Assembly: GCA_002104905.1 (NCBI GenBank)
Contig: MCFE01000031.1
Span: 154,346-218,345, forward strand
Length of the DNA: 64,000 nucleotides
Reading direction: 5' to 3'
Source of the DNA: Basidiobolus meristosporus CBS 931.73
Taxonomy: Eukaryota; Fungi; Basidiobolomycota
Part shown: positions 14,304 through 27,037 of the stretch, in pieces
How the letters are laid out: each line of letters starts with the position of its first letter
How positions within the stretch are numbered: position 1 is the first letter of the stretch
Position numbers and translations under genes: made by a program
The notes under the pieces: model-generated
Database searches by the model: none
Told to the model about the DNA's origin: nothing
The model's input: only the letters and a program-made list of their open reading frames with translations

Positions 14304-14821
14304 ATTAATGTTATCATACATGCCCTTCCAAGGAGGGATTTACGTAATTCGCTAATTGTATGTTATTAGAATTCGAGTACATATGTGTCTTTATCCAAAA
14401 CGTTTATTAAAGTTATCAACTGAACATTCGAGGTACATGATAATACCAACCGTTCTCTAAGCCTAAACCGCAAGCATCTAGCTAACCCCCTAGAGAAGAA
14501 ACTAGCCATATCGTCATATGAACCGGTCTCAGATACAGCATCCTACCATGTTGGCGAATGGCTCAGATCTGTAGTGGCAACCATGACACATTTGCCATAA
14601 TTGGAATTTTTCAAATTTCCCGTGTTGGGAATATTCTACTTGAAGCAACCTACGACGATCTAGTTAGAAATTCCATTGTTTTCGGATTTCCAAAATGATG
14701 GATATAGAAGGGAAGCTTTACCAGCAGATAGATGAGAATTGTGAGACCTTGTGGGTTCTATGAAGAACAGGGAAATGGGATGGGCTTTATTGAAAGTTGA
14801 AACTCAGCAGCTACAGCTCTA

Positions 14822-17370
14822 CTAGATCCCGCGAGTTGCAAGCCAGATCAATTTCGAATCCCCCATAGCCATCAAATACCAAGGCGTTATGGTGATACTT
14901 TTGTAAAGCTGTGTTATGGCTAACGGTGACACATGTGATCCAAGATCCTGGCATCTACGGAACAAGCGTTCTTCAGTTTTCGCATCTAGGGAGCTGGTAG
15001 CCTCATCAAGAACTGAAGGGAACATGGTTGGTCAAATGTTGGTCTGGGGATAAGGTAGAATGTCACTTACTAGCAAACCGAGGCCTCCAGTAAAACAGCC
15101 GCGCAAAAGATAGGCGCTGTTGCTGTCCGGGCGATAAGAGTTTGTCCCAATTTTGGCCAAAGTCTTTATCAAATCCAAGACTCTCCTCGAGGCCACTGAG
15201 GTCGACCTCTTTCAGTAGATTGCGAGCCTCACCATCGTCAACTACGTTTTCAGGAAATTTAGTGAATTTAGATCATTGAGTTATCCAGCGCATAACCTAC
15301 TTGATACTAGTCTTCCGTCAGGATGGCCAGGATACACCATCTGATCCTTCAAAGTTCCAAACGAGAGGTAAGGAATTTGAGGTAGGAACAACACATCCCG
15401 GGCATTCGTTAGCGGCGGTGTTGATATATGTCCTATGAGATTGTGTTCAATGCAAAATACAAAAGCCAAACCTGCCGAGAAATCATAAATACCCTCACTA
15501 CATGGCCACAGGCCACAAATCATTCTCAGTAGGGAGGTTTTCCCGCATCCGTTTGGACCGGTAATAAAGAGGCTCTCACCCTGGTGAACTTCGAAACTCA
15601 ATCCTGATAGAAAAGCGTCAGTCGACGAATGTTTGTATCGTGTCTACCAACGAAAATACCTGAATATAATTGCTTTCCAGCGGGTGTCGTGCAGTTGACA
15701 TTTTTCAAAACGATCGAGTCGGAGTTGCGTCTAAGGATTGCATCGTCAGCAAATGCCAACAACTGGTCAACAGAAGTAAATGCTCACTCGAGGGTTTCAT
15801 GGTAAGGATACTCGATATTTCGGTTTTCAAGCTCATTGTCGATATCGTTCATTACTTCAAACATCTGGCCAATACGCGCGGTGTAGCCAGCTAAATCAGT
15901 AAATCTCTTTGCTTGTTGTACGACGAGGGTGAATTTGTAGTTGAGATACATGATGAGAAAAGCGTTCTAAACAATAAGATTGTCAGCATGAAGACTGTTT
16001 CAACCAAGAGATTGATGTAGCATTACCTTGCTGATTAATGCGCTTAGATCGGCATTGTCTATGGAATCGTATTTGTGGGTAATGAATATGGGTATAGCGA
16101 TGACGATATAGCTCAGAATGGTGCCAAAGTATGAGTACAGCTGAGTGCCACCTTTGGAAATTACAAAGTTAGAGTCATGCTGAGGCCTAGAGGCTATGCT
16201 AGAAAACCTACTATCCAGGAAAAACTGTTTCCTGACGATTTTCAGTTGACAACGTATCAACGATGAAAGGGATTGATCCATATGCTTCTTCTCTTGGTTT
16301 TCACCTCCGTAGAAAGCGATGGACTCGGCCATGGTTCTTGCACGGACGTGCATGTATCTGATCGGATATCTTAGTACGCTAGGTCTTTGCCGCAACGCGG
16401 TAACCGTGTTTACCTATAGTTTCCTTCATAATTCTCTTTCAAGTAGATGAATTTGACGATTGGGTCGATCAGACACTTGTTGGCAATGGAGCTAATTACA
16501 AAATAAGAATAGACAGCGAGCGGGCCCACAAATCCAGAGATTGACCAGCACTTGTAGGTATAATATACAATCATGAATGGCGTGATGATCGTATTCTGGG
16601 CTATCTCACTCATTTCAAAGGCGAACTTGTCTACGTCCTGTGTAATCCGTTGATCACTACCAAGCATGTCAGTGACACTTCAAGAAGAGCAAATCCATGC
16701 GATACTTACGGGTTATCAACACGCTCGTCGCTAATTAGCTTGTAAAATATCGATGGCTGTATATATTTGTTCTGCAGTGTTCTCGATAAGAGCTGGCGGA
16801 CTTTGACTTGGAAGCAGTTTCCAACGAATATCATGCTACTCTTTCCCTATTTGTGTGAATAGCTGTAAGATACCTGGTCTGCTCTGCTTCAGTGAAGCTA
16901 TAGTTTTGGCTTACCAATGCTGAAAAGGTTAGCAGACACCCTGAGTACATCAGGAGTACAAGGAAGCCACCGTAATCACGCTTGCCGAGTTTCTCGTAAT
17001 AATGGCTGGTGAGAGTACCCGTGAAATAAACCACCACTTCATTCAGAGTACTGACTATCAGCAGCCCAAGGAACAGGCTGGTGGTTATGTTTGGGCGTGG
17101 GAAAGAGAAAATGATTCGTAGGATTTTCTTGAAGCGCCTGAAAAATTGCTTGTTGATTTTGGGCCTATTTTCTTTCATGTCGTCCTCCAGTTTGTTATCT
17201 TCCGGCCTGTGTCTAGAGCTTGTTCGTAGAGTAAATATGGGCAAAAGTTTTTATGAGAATTCCTCGACTTACTTCGACCGGTTTTGTTGATACCCGTGGT
17301 CTTCGTCGATATCCATGCTTTCGAAACCAGTCGTTGCTGAGCTCTGTAAAGGTTGATATGCAGCAACCAT
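14822..17370 (-). CDS. ABC transporter subfamily D half-transporter (ABCD4-like), multi-exon; apparent 1-bp frameshift near the C-terminus
   Basis: [13 protein letters not shown]-like region ([17 protein letters not shown]), Walker [27 protein letters not shown]. The ABCD-type tail [10 protein letters not shown] is in a shifted frame after about 14940. Confidence 0.88.
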
Positions 17371-17820
17371 ATTTGTCTGCGACTGCTGTCCGATATAAAC
17401 TGAAGTAGCAGGGGAGCACGTTATACGAACAGATTACTCACTATTGGTGTGGAAAAGTTGATATAAATTTGGTGAAACTGCTGAATCTGAAAGGTGGAAT
17501 AAGTGAAAACCGTTGGGATATATAACAGAAATCTACAATTTAAGCCAAGATCCATTCAAATAGCCACCATAAGGGTATATATACATATATACTGCCTTCC
17601 CCCTCAATAGGAAGGAGCTTGAATTATTCCACCATTTGACAATTCACCACACGTGTGTTGATTAGGTTGAGACAACGGTGGAAATCTACCAAGGAACAAT
17701 CTGGAACAGTTGGATTGCTTGCCATAAAAATGGTCTAATGAAGGGACAAGGCAGGATGTGTCAAAATAAGACTTTCACTTTATTGTGCTCATGAAAGAAT
17801 ACAGTTCTCGAACGTGCAAG

Positions 17821-18347
17821 TTAAACAACGGTACCAGAACTGGAGGCAATTCTGGGCCAGAGATCGGCGCATTCCTTACCAACAGGACCAGTAATGGCGG
17901 AGCCCTTCATTTCACCCTTGGGGTTAACGATGACACCAGCGTTATCTTCGAAGTAGAGGAAGACACCATCGCGTCTGCGCCAGGCCTTGCGTTGACGGAT
18001 GACAACGGCGGGCATAACCTTCTTACGAAGATCGGGCTTACCCTTCTTGACGGTGGCCATGACCATGTCTCCAACACCAGCAGCAGGAAGACGGTTCAAT
18101 CTACCCTTGATGCCGGTGACGGCAATAATGTAAAGGTTCTTGGCTCCAGAGTTATCGGCACAGTTGATGACGGCACCAACTGGGAGACCGAGAGACATAC
18201 GGAATTTGTTACCAGCAGCTCCTCCGCGTCCTTTGATACATAGGTAGGGTTAGTACATGACGCTGGGAATCTATTTATGCGTTGATTCATCCATCAACAT
18301 GTCGGATAGGATGCATGATGCAAAGACTACATACCGCGCTTAGACAT
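17821..18347 (-). CDS. RPL23: 60S ribosomal protein uL14 (L23), 1 intron
   Basis: MSKRG|[57 protein letters not shown]. Confidence 0.98.
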
Positions 18348-18737
18348 ATTGATACGATAGGTGGTGGAAAAAGAAGGAAGCTCCTACTCCATGGCCGTCA
18401 TTTTGTTCTTGTGTGGATCCAACCCTCAAAAATTTCCACTAGTCACGGGACAGAAATTTTTTTCGTTTGGTCGCATTAGATGGTCGAAATTTTTGATTTA
18501 TCACGATCCAGTCACTTCACTCGGTGCATGGAACATGGGATATTGTGAGTTGATACAGTAAGGTAGGGTGGTAGGATAGCAAGATAATGTTAGAGTTAGG
18601 ACTGTAGCGTAGGGTATTGGGTGCGAGTTGGGTGCGAGTTCATGGATTTTATTGTAGACTGATGATATCTATTGCATGCAGTTGGTTCATTACAGAGATG
18701 TGAGAAGGGGATTAATCAGCAACATGATTAAACTTGT

Positions 18738-20493
18738 TTACAAAATCATATTGATTGGGTTTTCCATGTAAAACTTGAACTTGTTCAAGAAGTCGCCAGC
18801 AATAGCTGCGTCAACAACACGGTCGTCGATGCTGAGGTTAACGGTCATGACTTGTCTGGTCTTCAGGTTGCCGTTAACTGGGGTATTGTAGGAGAACTTG
18901 GACTCACCAGAGAGATAATCAAATACATCTGGCTCGGCAACTGGCTCAACAGCGGCAACCTCGCTAGGTGTAATGAAGCTTTCATCTTCGATCACCTCGA
19001 TCTTGGTACCTCCGACGGCCATAATACAGGCCTGGGGTGGGTTAATGATGGCAGAGAATTGGCCAATTCCGAACATACCAAGGTTGGAGATACTGAAGGA
19101 ACCACCTTGGTATTCATTAGGCATCAACTTGCCAGCACGTGCCTTAGCTGCCAATTCTTTGACGGTCTTGGAAATGTCGGTCAAGCCGCGCTGGTCGGCA
19201 TTCTTGACGATGGGTGTAATAAGACCAGTTGGGGTAGCAACAGCAATGGAGATGTCGACGGAGTCGATGCTCTCGCCGGCTTCCTTGGCTGGGTTATAAC
19301 GAACATTAAGTTCAGGAACATCTCTCAAGGCAAGAGAGGTTGCGCGAACAATAAAGTCGTTGACAGATACGCTGATCTGATTATTCTCCTTCAATGTGCG
19401 TCTCAGCTTGTTGATCTCATCAACAACAATCTCTCTGGCTACGTATGAGTGGGGAACAGTGGATTTGGATTCAGAAAGGCGGGAGGCGATAATACGACGC
19501 ATGGTAGTAACGGGAATATCTTCATACTCGGCAGAAGAGCTGGGAGCTGGGGTTTGAGGAGCGTTAGAAGTGGCTGCTGAAGCCTTGGATTCGGCCTTAG
19601 GGGCTGGTGCACTCTTGATGAGACCAAGGTAGCCCAAGACATCTCCTTTAAGGATGCGTCCCTTGGGTCCAGTGGCAGGAACTTTGTTGATATCATCAAT
19701 CTTGTTGTTGCGAACAAGATGGGCAACAGCGGGACTAAGATAGTTATCACGATCAGCAGAGGCGGTGGCTGGGGTGCTAGCAGGGGCTAGATCGTTCAAG
19801 TATAGTGAATTAGAATCAAATCAAGTGAGCCGAGTCTAAAAACAATGTACCTTCACTTTGGACCGCGGGTTGCTCGGGGGCAGGTGTGGACGCAGGAGTA
19901 GCATCAGCAGGAACCTCAATGCTGCTGATATCGTCACCCTCCTCAGCCAGCAAAGCAATCAAGGAGTTGACAGCGACACCTTTAGTGCCGTTGGGAACCT
20001 ATTCCGAGCAATATCACTGTTCAGCAAACTCGCGAGGTTTAAAGCAACTCTTGGTAGTAACACGTACGATAATCTTGGCTAGAACACCGTCATCCTGGGC
20101 TTCAATTTCCATTTGAGCTTTGTCGGTTTCAATCTCAAGAATAATATCACCAGCTTCCAATTTATCGCCTGTAAGCAAGACAACATTCACGTGTTATCAC
20201 CCATTTCCGAGAAAGAGAGATAGCTTTTAAGCAAACCTTCGTTCTTCTTCCAGCTGGTAATGGTACCCTCAGTCATGGTGGGGGAAAGGGCTGGCATAAG
20301 CAACTTTGATACCGCATTACTAACTGACGAGTTGTGGAAGCCTATAAGAAGCGGTGGGGGAATAGTTAACGAAAGTGGTTGAGGAGGGGAAGCGTCTAAC
20401 TAGATTAGCACTATGGCACATACCACGTCTAAGAGCATTTCTGGGTACACCAGAGTTCAAAGAGCGGAAAACACCAGAACGAATACTGAACAT
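18738..20493 (-). CDS. PDX1: Pyruvate dehydrogenase E3-binding protein (PDHX/protein X-like): lipoyl domain, E3-binding domain and inactive acyltransferase-like domain
   Basis: [21 protein letters not shown] lipoyl motif; [14 protein letters not shown]; [10 protein letters not shown]. The catalytic DHRxxDG appears as DDRVVDA. Confidence 0.82.
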
Positions 20494-20983
20494 ATTGAGG
20501 AGGAAGCAAGAAAAGGCACTACTCGATCAAGCCAGGACGATTTTTTATTTCGAATAGATCCTCTACGAGGAAGCACCACAAGATAATCAAAATGGTTGGT
20601 CGCACTATATCTGTGATGTTGTCGTGTCTAGTCTACCCCACATCAACCGCCGCCATGATCTTATTTTTTTACCCAGCGGTGGTCAATTGGTGCCTTCAGC
20701 CTTTGAAAATCAATCCAGAAATGGAAATTAAATGGCAAAGTAATGGTTGATAACCGAAAGAATACCCACCGAGCCACAATTCAGTCAGAATTTCAAATCA
20801 TTCTCTGTGATTATCTGCCTCACAAAGGCCGAGCTGTTCCGAATAAGTAGTTTGATTCCTGTGGCTTGAGGGGGGATTTCGGATCTTGTGATGAAGCAAT
20901 ATAATCTAGGGAAAGATATTGGATTAAACCGCTTTGTGTTTAAACCGGGGTTTAAGTGTTTAGGATTAGGGTTAGGGGTTCTT

Positions 20984-21058
20984 TGCATGAATTGATCTTC
21001 TGGAATGCTTGGTTATTGGAGGTTTTCTGCATGAATTGATCTTCTGGAATGCTTGGTT
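20984..21058. repeat. 44-bp-period direct duplication in the PDHX/Hook divergent intergenic region
   Basis: TGCATGAATTGATCTTCTGGAATGCTTGGTT at 20984 and 21028. Confidence 0.9.
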
Positions 21059-21384
21059 GTTATGTGAGCTAGTTCAAGCTCAAGGCTATGGAGTTGGCTT
21101 CGTCGTGGTGTTGCACAAATTAGTGTCAAAAAACGTCTACGAGTAAATACATGCCAATCATCTTATTTCTTAATAATTCTTAATGATAAAGGCAGTCCCT
21201 CCTGAGTTTGCTACTGGATTTCTACTCGTAAGATTGAAACTTTCTATAATGAGCTAACTATGAGCTGACATGAATCAAATCAGGGAGGGCAGCATCAACT
21301 CCCTGAATAGGATAATACCAACACACTTTATTCAACCCAGCTATCTTCTTTCACTTGACCTCCACTCAACCATATTTATTAAGA

Positions 21385-24300
21385 ATGGACTTGGAGTCCA
21401 ACGCCGCTGGAATCATAGAATGGGTATGTTCTCACCGTCATCTAAATAACCTGTAGTCTTACATGTATCTTTCGCAGGTTAATACTTTCGGCTCTATTAC
21501 TCGTAAAGCTGAAACAATTGCCGATTTTTCTGATGGGATTCTCCTATGGGAGGTACTCGCTGAAATGTATGCTGTACTTCCAGGCTATTGCTTCTTCTCA
21601 CTACATGACCGGTTACTTATGCTTTGTTGAACGAACAGCGATCCTCAGTGGTTTAAACTCATTCGGTCTGCTGACGTTGGAGACAACTGGGTTCTAAAAT
21701 TCAATAACCTCAAAAAGCTATACAAATTAATTACCCGATACTACGAAGAAATCCTGGGCCACTCCTCAGACTTACTAGATGCACCCAACCTTACCTCCAT
21801 CGCCAAAGACGGGGAAATAAACGAAACCTTGAAGCTGGCTTCACTCATCGTTGCTTTGGCGGTCCAGTGCGAAAGCAACGCAATCTACATCGAGAAAATC
21901 CAATCTCTTACCCAGGAGGCTCAGCATGCTTTGATGTTGGCCATTGAACAGGTCATAGTTCTTTTTTGAATCGGGTCTGTTGACCACCGGCCACTAAACC
22001 GTTCTCTCGATAGGTCATGAGCAAACTTGGTGACGAACAAGCTGTGGAGAAAGTTGAGAATCCTCAGCTTATTGCGTAAGTAGTATTTGCGTGAAGTGAA
22101 GGTGGTGCGAGTTAACATGGTTGTGCCCGTATGTAGGGACCAGCAGATCCTTGAATTGGAGGCCGATAGGGCTCGTGTGATAAACGAGCATGAGGAGCTT
22201 AAGCATAACTACAACGAATTAATGGAGGACCATAAGCAGCTTGAGTACAAGATTGTCGGTATTCATTGGGATCTTTACGCAACTATTATTTATTCACATC
22301 CCTTATGATATTAGGAGGATTTAACGACCGAGAAATCCGACCTAACGAACAGACTACGGGATTTGGAGCAAGTAGTTGCGAGGGCTGACCAAACTGGCAA
22401 AGCAGATTTCTTGATGAGAACCGAAATTGACAATCTGAAGCAAGACTTGTATGGCTTTCTTAGTGACAGTCTAGATTGATTGAGTGCACCATACTTACTT
22501 CGTTCACTTCAGGGAACGGGCTGAGACTCAACGTCACGAGGCCGAGATGCTCTCCAGTCAACAGGAAGGCCTAATCAACGACCTTAACCGCAAGGTTCGC
22601 TTTTCTCAAAAACAATGGCATTCATGATTTCAGACTAACTTGTCAATCAGCTTGAGGATATTTCCAAGAAAGCCGATGAGGCGACAAAATTGAAGGATCA
22701 GTTGCAGGAATATAAGCACGCTGCTGAGAAGCTTCAAAAGACAGAGAATGTGATTGAGAAGTACAAAAAGAAGCTGGAAGAAAGCACCGATCTCCGCAAG
22801 CAAGTTAAGGTATGGGGCGTGGTAAAGCTGGGTTCGGGGCTCTGATATATACTAATGAGCCTATTAGACTCTGGAGGATCAAAACAAACAGTTGGTTGAG
22901 AGAAATCATCACATCGAAGAGGAGTATCGTAAAGTCAGCCAATTCAAGGCGTTAATGGATTCCTACAAAGATCAGATTGCGAATCTAGAAAGCAAAAACA
23001 ATCTTTTGGTGATCGAGAAAAACAAGCTGGAGTTTGAATTTGGAAAGCTCAAAGAGCAGTACGATATGCTTGAACTAGAGCGAAATAGCGACAACGAGCA
23101 ACTCCAAGTTCTTGAAGATCGCCTTCGTGAACTGGAGCTTGGCGGTAATTGTTTGTGAATAGTTTGCTGTACTCCTTGGTTTTAACGTTTAGTTCCCCAG
23201 GTGGAGGACTCGGTCTTGAGCTTAACAGAGCTCATAATGGAGATGGAGATTCTGAAGTTCCCAGCCAAGGTCTCAGTGAGGCGCTGGCGGAGTCTAGTGC
23301 CACAGAGCTGCAAGTATAGTACCGACTCCTTACTAACCGATAGTTGATAATAACTGGTGCATTTTTTCCAGGAAGCTCAAAGTAATGCGCCTGGAACGGG
23401 AAGTGCAGGCAATGCACCAGACAAGAAACGACCCTGGAAACGCCCAGCAAATAATTTTGTTGGAAAACCTATTGGAGGATTCCAACAGAATGAAAGGCAA
23501 ATTCGAGCAAGTATGTCACAGAATTCAGGCTTTTCGTTTACCAGCGTCCATACTAACCTGGCATTTTAGGACTATCTCAAAGCGCATCAGCAAAACCTTG
23601 TTCTTGAAAACGAAGTAGAGATGCTGAGAGCTGCTGCCTCCGGTGAAGATCCTGATCGGTATGACACAAGCTGAACCACCACTACAGACATCAGTAAGAT
23701 GCTGACACATTCCTGCATCTAGTGCCGCCAGCGATTTCGCCCTCACCCTGCGAATGAGACTGAATGATTCTGAGAAGGAGCTCTCTGAAGCGAAGGAGAA
23801 GCTTGCCGCAGCAGAGGCGAAGCTTGCAAGTGTTGAGAAAGAGCTGGTGATTTGTAAATCCGATCGTATCCTTTACACTACGAACCAGTGGTTTCACCAT
23901 CCAACCTGCATTCCTTGTTGTCCTTGATCGTATTTCACAGTGAACTTGGTCGGAAAAGACAAACTAGACGCTCTGGCGGCCATTCGCGAAGAGGCAGGTG
24001 CCGAGATCAACAAGCTTCAAAAAGAATACGATAGCTTGGTTAGTCGCAACCGCGAGCTCGACGCCGAAAACAAAAAGCAGATGCTCCAGATCAATGAGCT
24101 CCTCATCGAAAAGGATTCAGTTCAAACGCAGAACATCCAAAGCAAAGACATCTTGCTTGAAAAAGAGCGAATCAACAGGTATTGCTGAATTAGCCCGTCT
24201 CCAATTCTCCCTGCTGACTGATTACTGGGTTCCAAGTGAACTAAAGGCAACGCTTGCAGCATTGGAGAGTAAGAACAAGACAGGCGATGCGGAGCCTCTC

Positions 24301-24908
24301 AAGAACCAGCTGCTTACTGAATCCCAGAAAAATCTCAAGCTTCTCGAGGAGATTGATAAAAAGAACAATGACATCAACATGTTCTTGGCGAAGTTGAAAA
24401 AGGCCAAAGAGGTAGTTGTATGAGGCAAGTGCGTCCTGACGTTCATTTGCTTATTTCATTCGCTATAGTATATTCGCCATCAAGACTACAAGATGAAAAT
24501 GCTCAAGGAAAAGGCCGAAACAGTTCCCAAGGTTTGTATGAAGTGCCTTGGACCGAAGCCAGCCGGTACTCATCCTGCTGGATACATTTTCAGATGAATT
24601 ACGAGGAGGCTCTTACTTCTCTTCAAGCTGAACTCACCAATCGCGACAAAGAAGTGGGCAGATTAAAGGTAAGTCAAACTCGAAGCGTTCGCGTAATAGA
24701 GCGGTAGGCTAATCGAGAAATTTGCTTCCAGGCACTGGTCAACGAAACCCGCGTGCAGGCAAAGAGAGAGCAACAACTAATCATCTCTGCCTGGTACGAC
24801 TTGGCCAGACGCGTTCAGCGAGATGTAGCGGCACCGCAGAGAAATGGGCCGACTTCGTGGCTAGGTCAGCAGAGGCGTACACTGGATATCCCATTGAAAA
24901 GACGTTAG
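21385..24908 (+). CDS. HOK1: Hook-family dynein cargo adaptor (Hok1/HookA-like), many exons
   Basis: N-terminal Hook domain (FSDGILLWEVLAEIDPQWF..NWVLKFNNLKKLYKLI..LAVQCE..YIEKIQSL..QHALMLAIEQ), long coiled coil, C-terminal REQQLIISAWY..SWLGQQR. Confidence 0.9.
23310..23371 (+). other. GC-AG intron in the Hook gene
   Basis: Only the donor CT|GCAAGT joined to TTCCAG|G gives the coiled-coil frame TELKLKVMRLERE. Confidence 0.7.
23866..23940 (+). other. U12-type (minor) GT-AG intron in the Hook gene
   Basis: 5' site GTATCCTTT; branch-like TCCTTGAT 12 nt before the intron 3' end (..CACAG); splicing gives KSD-L-NLVGKDKL. Confidence 0.8.
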
Positions 24909-25166
24909 CTCGCATCGTTTATTCACACAACCAATTAGTTATAGTTGGACTTATACCTCTGTAGCATAATAGCCTCAATTACATCCAGTTGAAGATCCAA
25001 ACTTGATGTCGGTTTATTCCTCAAGTCTATTTAATCCAATTCCAAATATAATGATGTTCTTGACTAGGGTGCTGTGACTGCATTGATGTGTAGGGGTGGG
25101 TATATGGAGATGAATTGGGTGGGAGTATGCAAATGGAAAGGAGTTGGAAGGGCAACAATCAAAAGA

Positions 25167-26690
25167 CTATGCGTTAACGGCTTGGAGCATCTCTTCAACG
25201 GAGGTCAATTTCTCACGGGGCTTGCCACGGGCAGCTCCCAAGTCAAACTCGAGCTTCTCGATGTTCTTCCAATCTTTATAAGAGACGGCACGAACGTTTC
25301 TCTCCTTCAAGAGGTTGGGTATGTCCCGGGAAGACTTTGTAGGCTGAAGAAAAGGTTTTCCGTTCTTGATGTCGGCAGCGATCGCGCCGGCAGTCTCGAA
25401 AGCGTCTTGCATGGTGGACACAATCACTCCAGAAGGGCCTCTCTTCAACCAACCGGAAGTGTACATTCCGTCCAAAACCTGCTCACCATCCATGATTCTT
25501 CCGCATACGTTTGGAACCACTCCTCTTCTGGCATCGAATGGAATTCCCTCGATAGGCGTGCTCTTGTATCCAATGCTTCTGAATACCAAGCCTGATTCTA
25601 TCTCTTCGTAAGACCCAGTGCCTAAAGCAACTTGCGAGTCGGTTGGGCCTTCCAAGGTATTGATCTCCATCTTGACGGCTTTGACTCGATTGCTTTCGGA
25701 AATAATTTCGACTGGGCTTCTCAAGAACTTCAATGACCAGAACTTCTCGGCGTCCTTGATGGCATCGGTTGGGATCTCCTTTTCGAGGACTCCTAGCAGG
25801 CGTTTCAATGCGCGATTTTTCAACAATAGAGATTGGCCGTGGGCAAGCTGATCCTTGAACAATTCTGTATCGATCTCCAGTTTGGTGTTGGGTAAGGCAA
25901 ACATCTCCCGCAGTTCTTTGGTAGTGAAGGAAACCTACGTGACTTTCTTGTTAGAAAAGGCCATCGAAAAGATGCCGAAAATGGCTCTTTGTACCTGAAG
26001 TGGCCCTCTTCTTCCGACAATATGAACACGCTTGATTCGGCTTCTGGATAGAGCCTCTAAGGCATGTTCGGTAATATCGGTCTTTCTAAGCTCATCGATG
26101 GGACTAAGCAACACTCTAGCCACGTCTAAAGCCACATTTCCTTGGCCAACAACCATGGCAGTATCGGTGGAGGTCAAGTCGAGGCCAATTTCACGATGTT
26201 CCGGATGTCCGTTGTACCAACCAACAAAAGAACGTGCTGAATATACACCCTCCACATGCTCATTCTTGATGTTGAGAACTCTGTCCTCACTTGCGCCATA
26301 AGAAAGCACGACCCCATCATATGTGTCTTTAAGTTCGTCTACAGAGATGTCCTTTCCGACAGTCACGTTCCCGAAAAATCGAAAATCAGGGGACTCCGCC
26401 ACTTCATCAAAACGATTCATCACTAGCTACAGTCAGGGAGTTCAATACGGTTCAATTTAGTGTGACATTCCCTGCAAAGAAACAATAGAGTTTACCTTGA
26501 CTTCGGGGTGGTCTGGGGCAACACCGAAGCGAACCAAACCATGTGGAACAGGGAGCGCTTCAAACATATCAACCTTAGTTCCGGGAAGCAGCTGCATAAC
26601 CTTGGCAGCTGTGTAAAAACCACCAGGTCCGCTGCCAACGATAGCAAGTGAAGGCGTTCTAGCAGCCTGAGTAACTAAAGTTCTAAACAT
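25167..26690 (-). CDS. ARH1: NADPH:adrenodoxin (ferredoxin) oxidoreductase, 2 introns
   Basis: IVGSGPGGFY, GLVRFGVAPDHPEVK, VGQGNVALDVAR, VGRRGPLQ, GWLKRGPSGVI. Confidence 0.95.
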
Positions 26691-27037
26691 CGCCAGCCTC
26701 GAGGAATTCAGATACCGATTAACCGTAAAGGTGAGAGTATTTATAGTTACCCAACCCTTTCTCGAGAATTATCACATCAAATCACAGATTCTACCTCATT
26801 CATCACTGCCAATGTATTCCCGTGGCACCAAGTCAGGATCAATATAAGCACCATAAACGATTTTTCTGTGTACCCCTCGGCGTACCTATTTGGAAGACCG
26901 TAGCAAGCTGTCATCAAATATGCCGATTTATTACTAATGATAGCTCAGTGGATAGACTAGTTGAGATGATACAATTGGATTAAACACTGATTTAAGTAAA
27001 GTCCCTTAGTTTCAGTATGTTCCCTCTACCTTGTATT

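Noticed and set aside
18505-18640. Homol-D/Homol-E-like boxes (CAGTCAC, AGGTAGGGT) upstream of RPL23
   Set aside because: Imperfect matches and not found at the RPS31 promoter; too weak to call.
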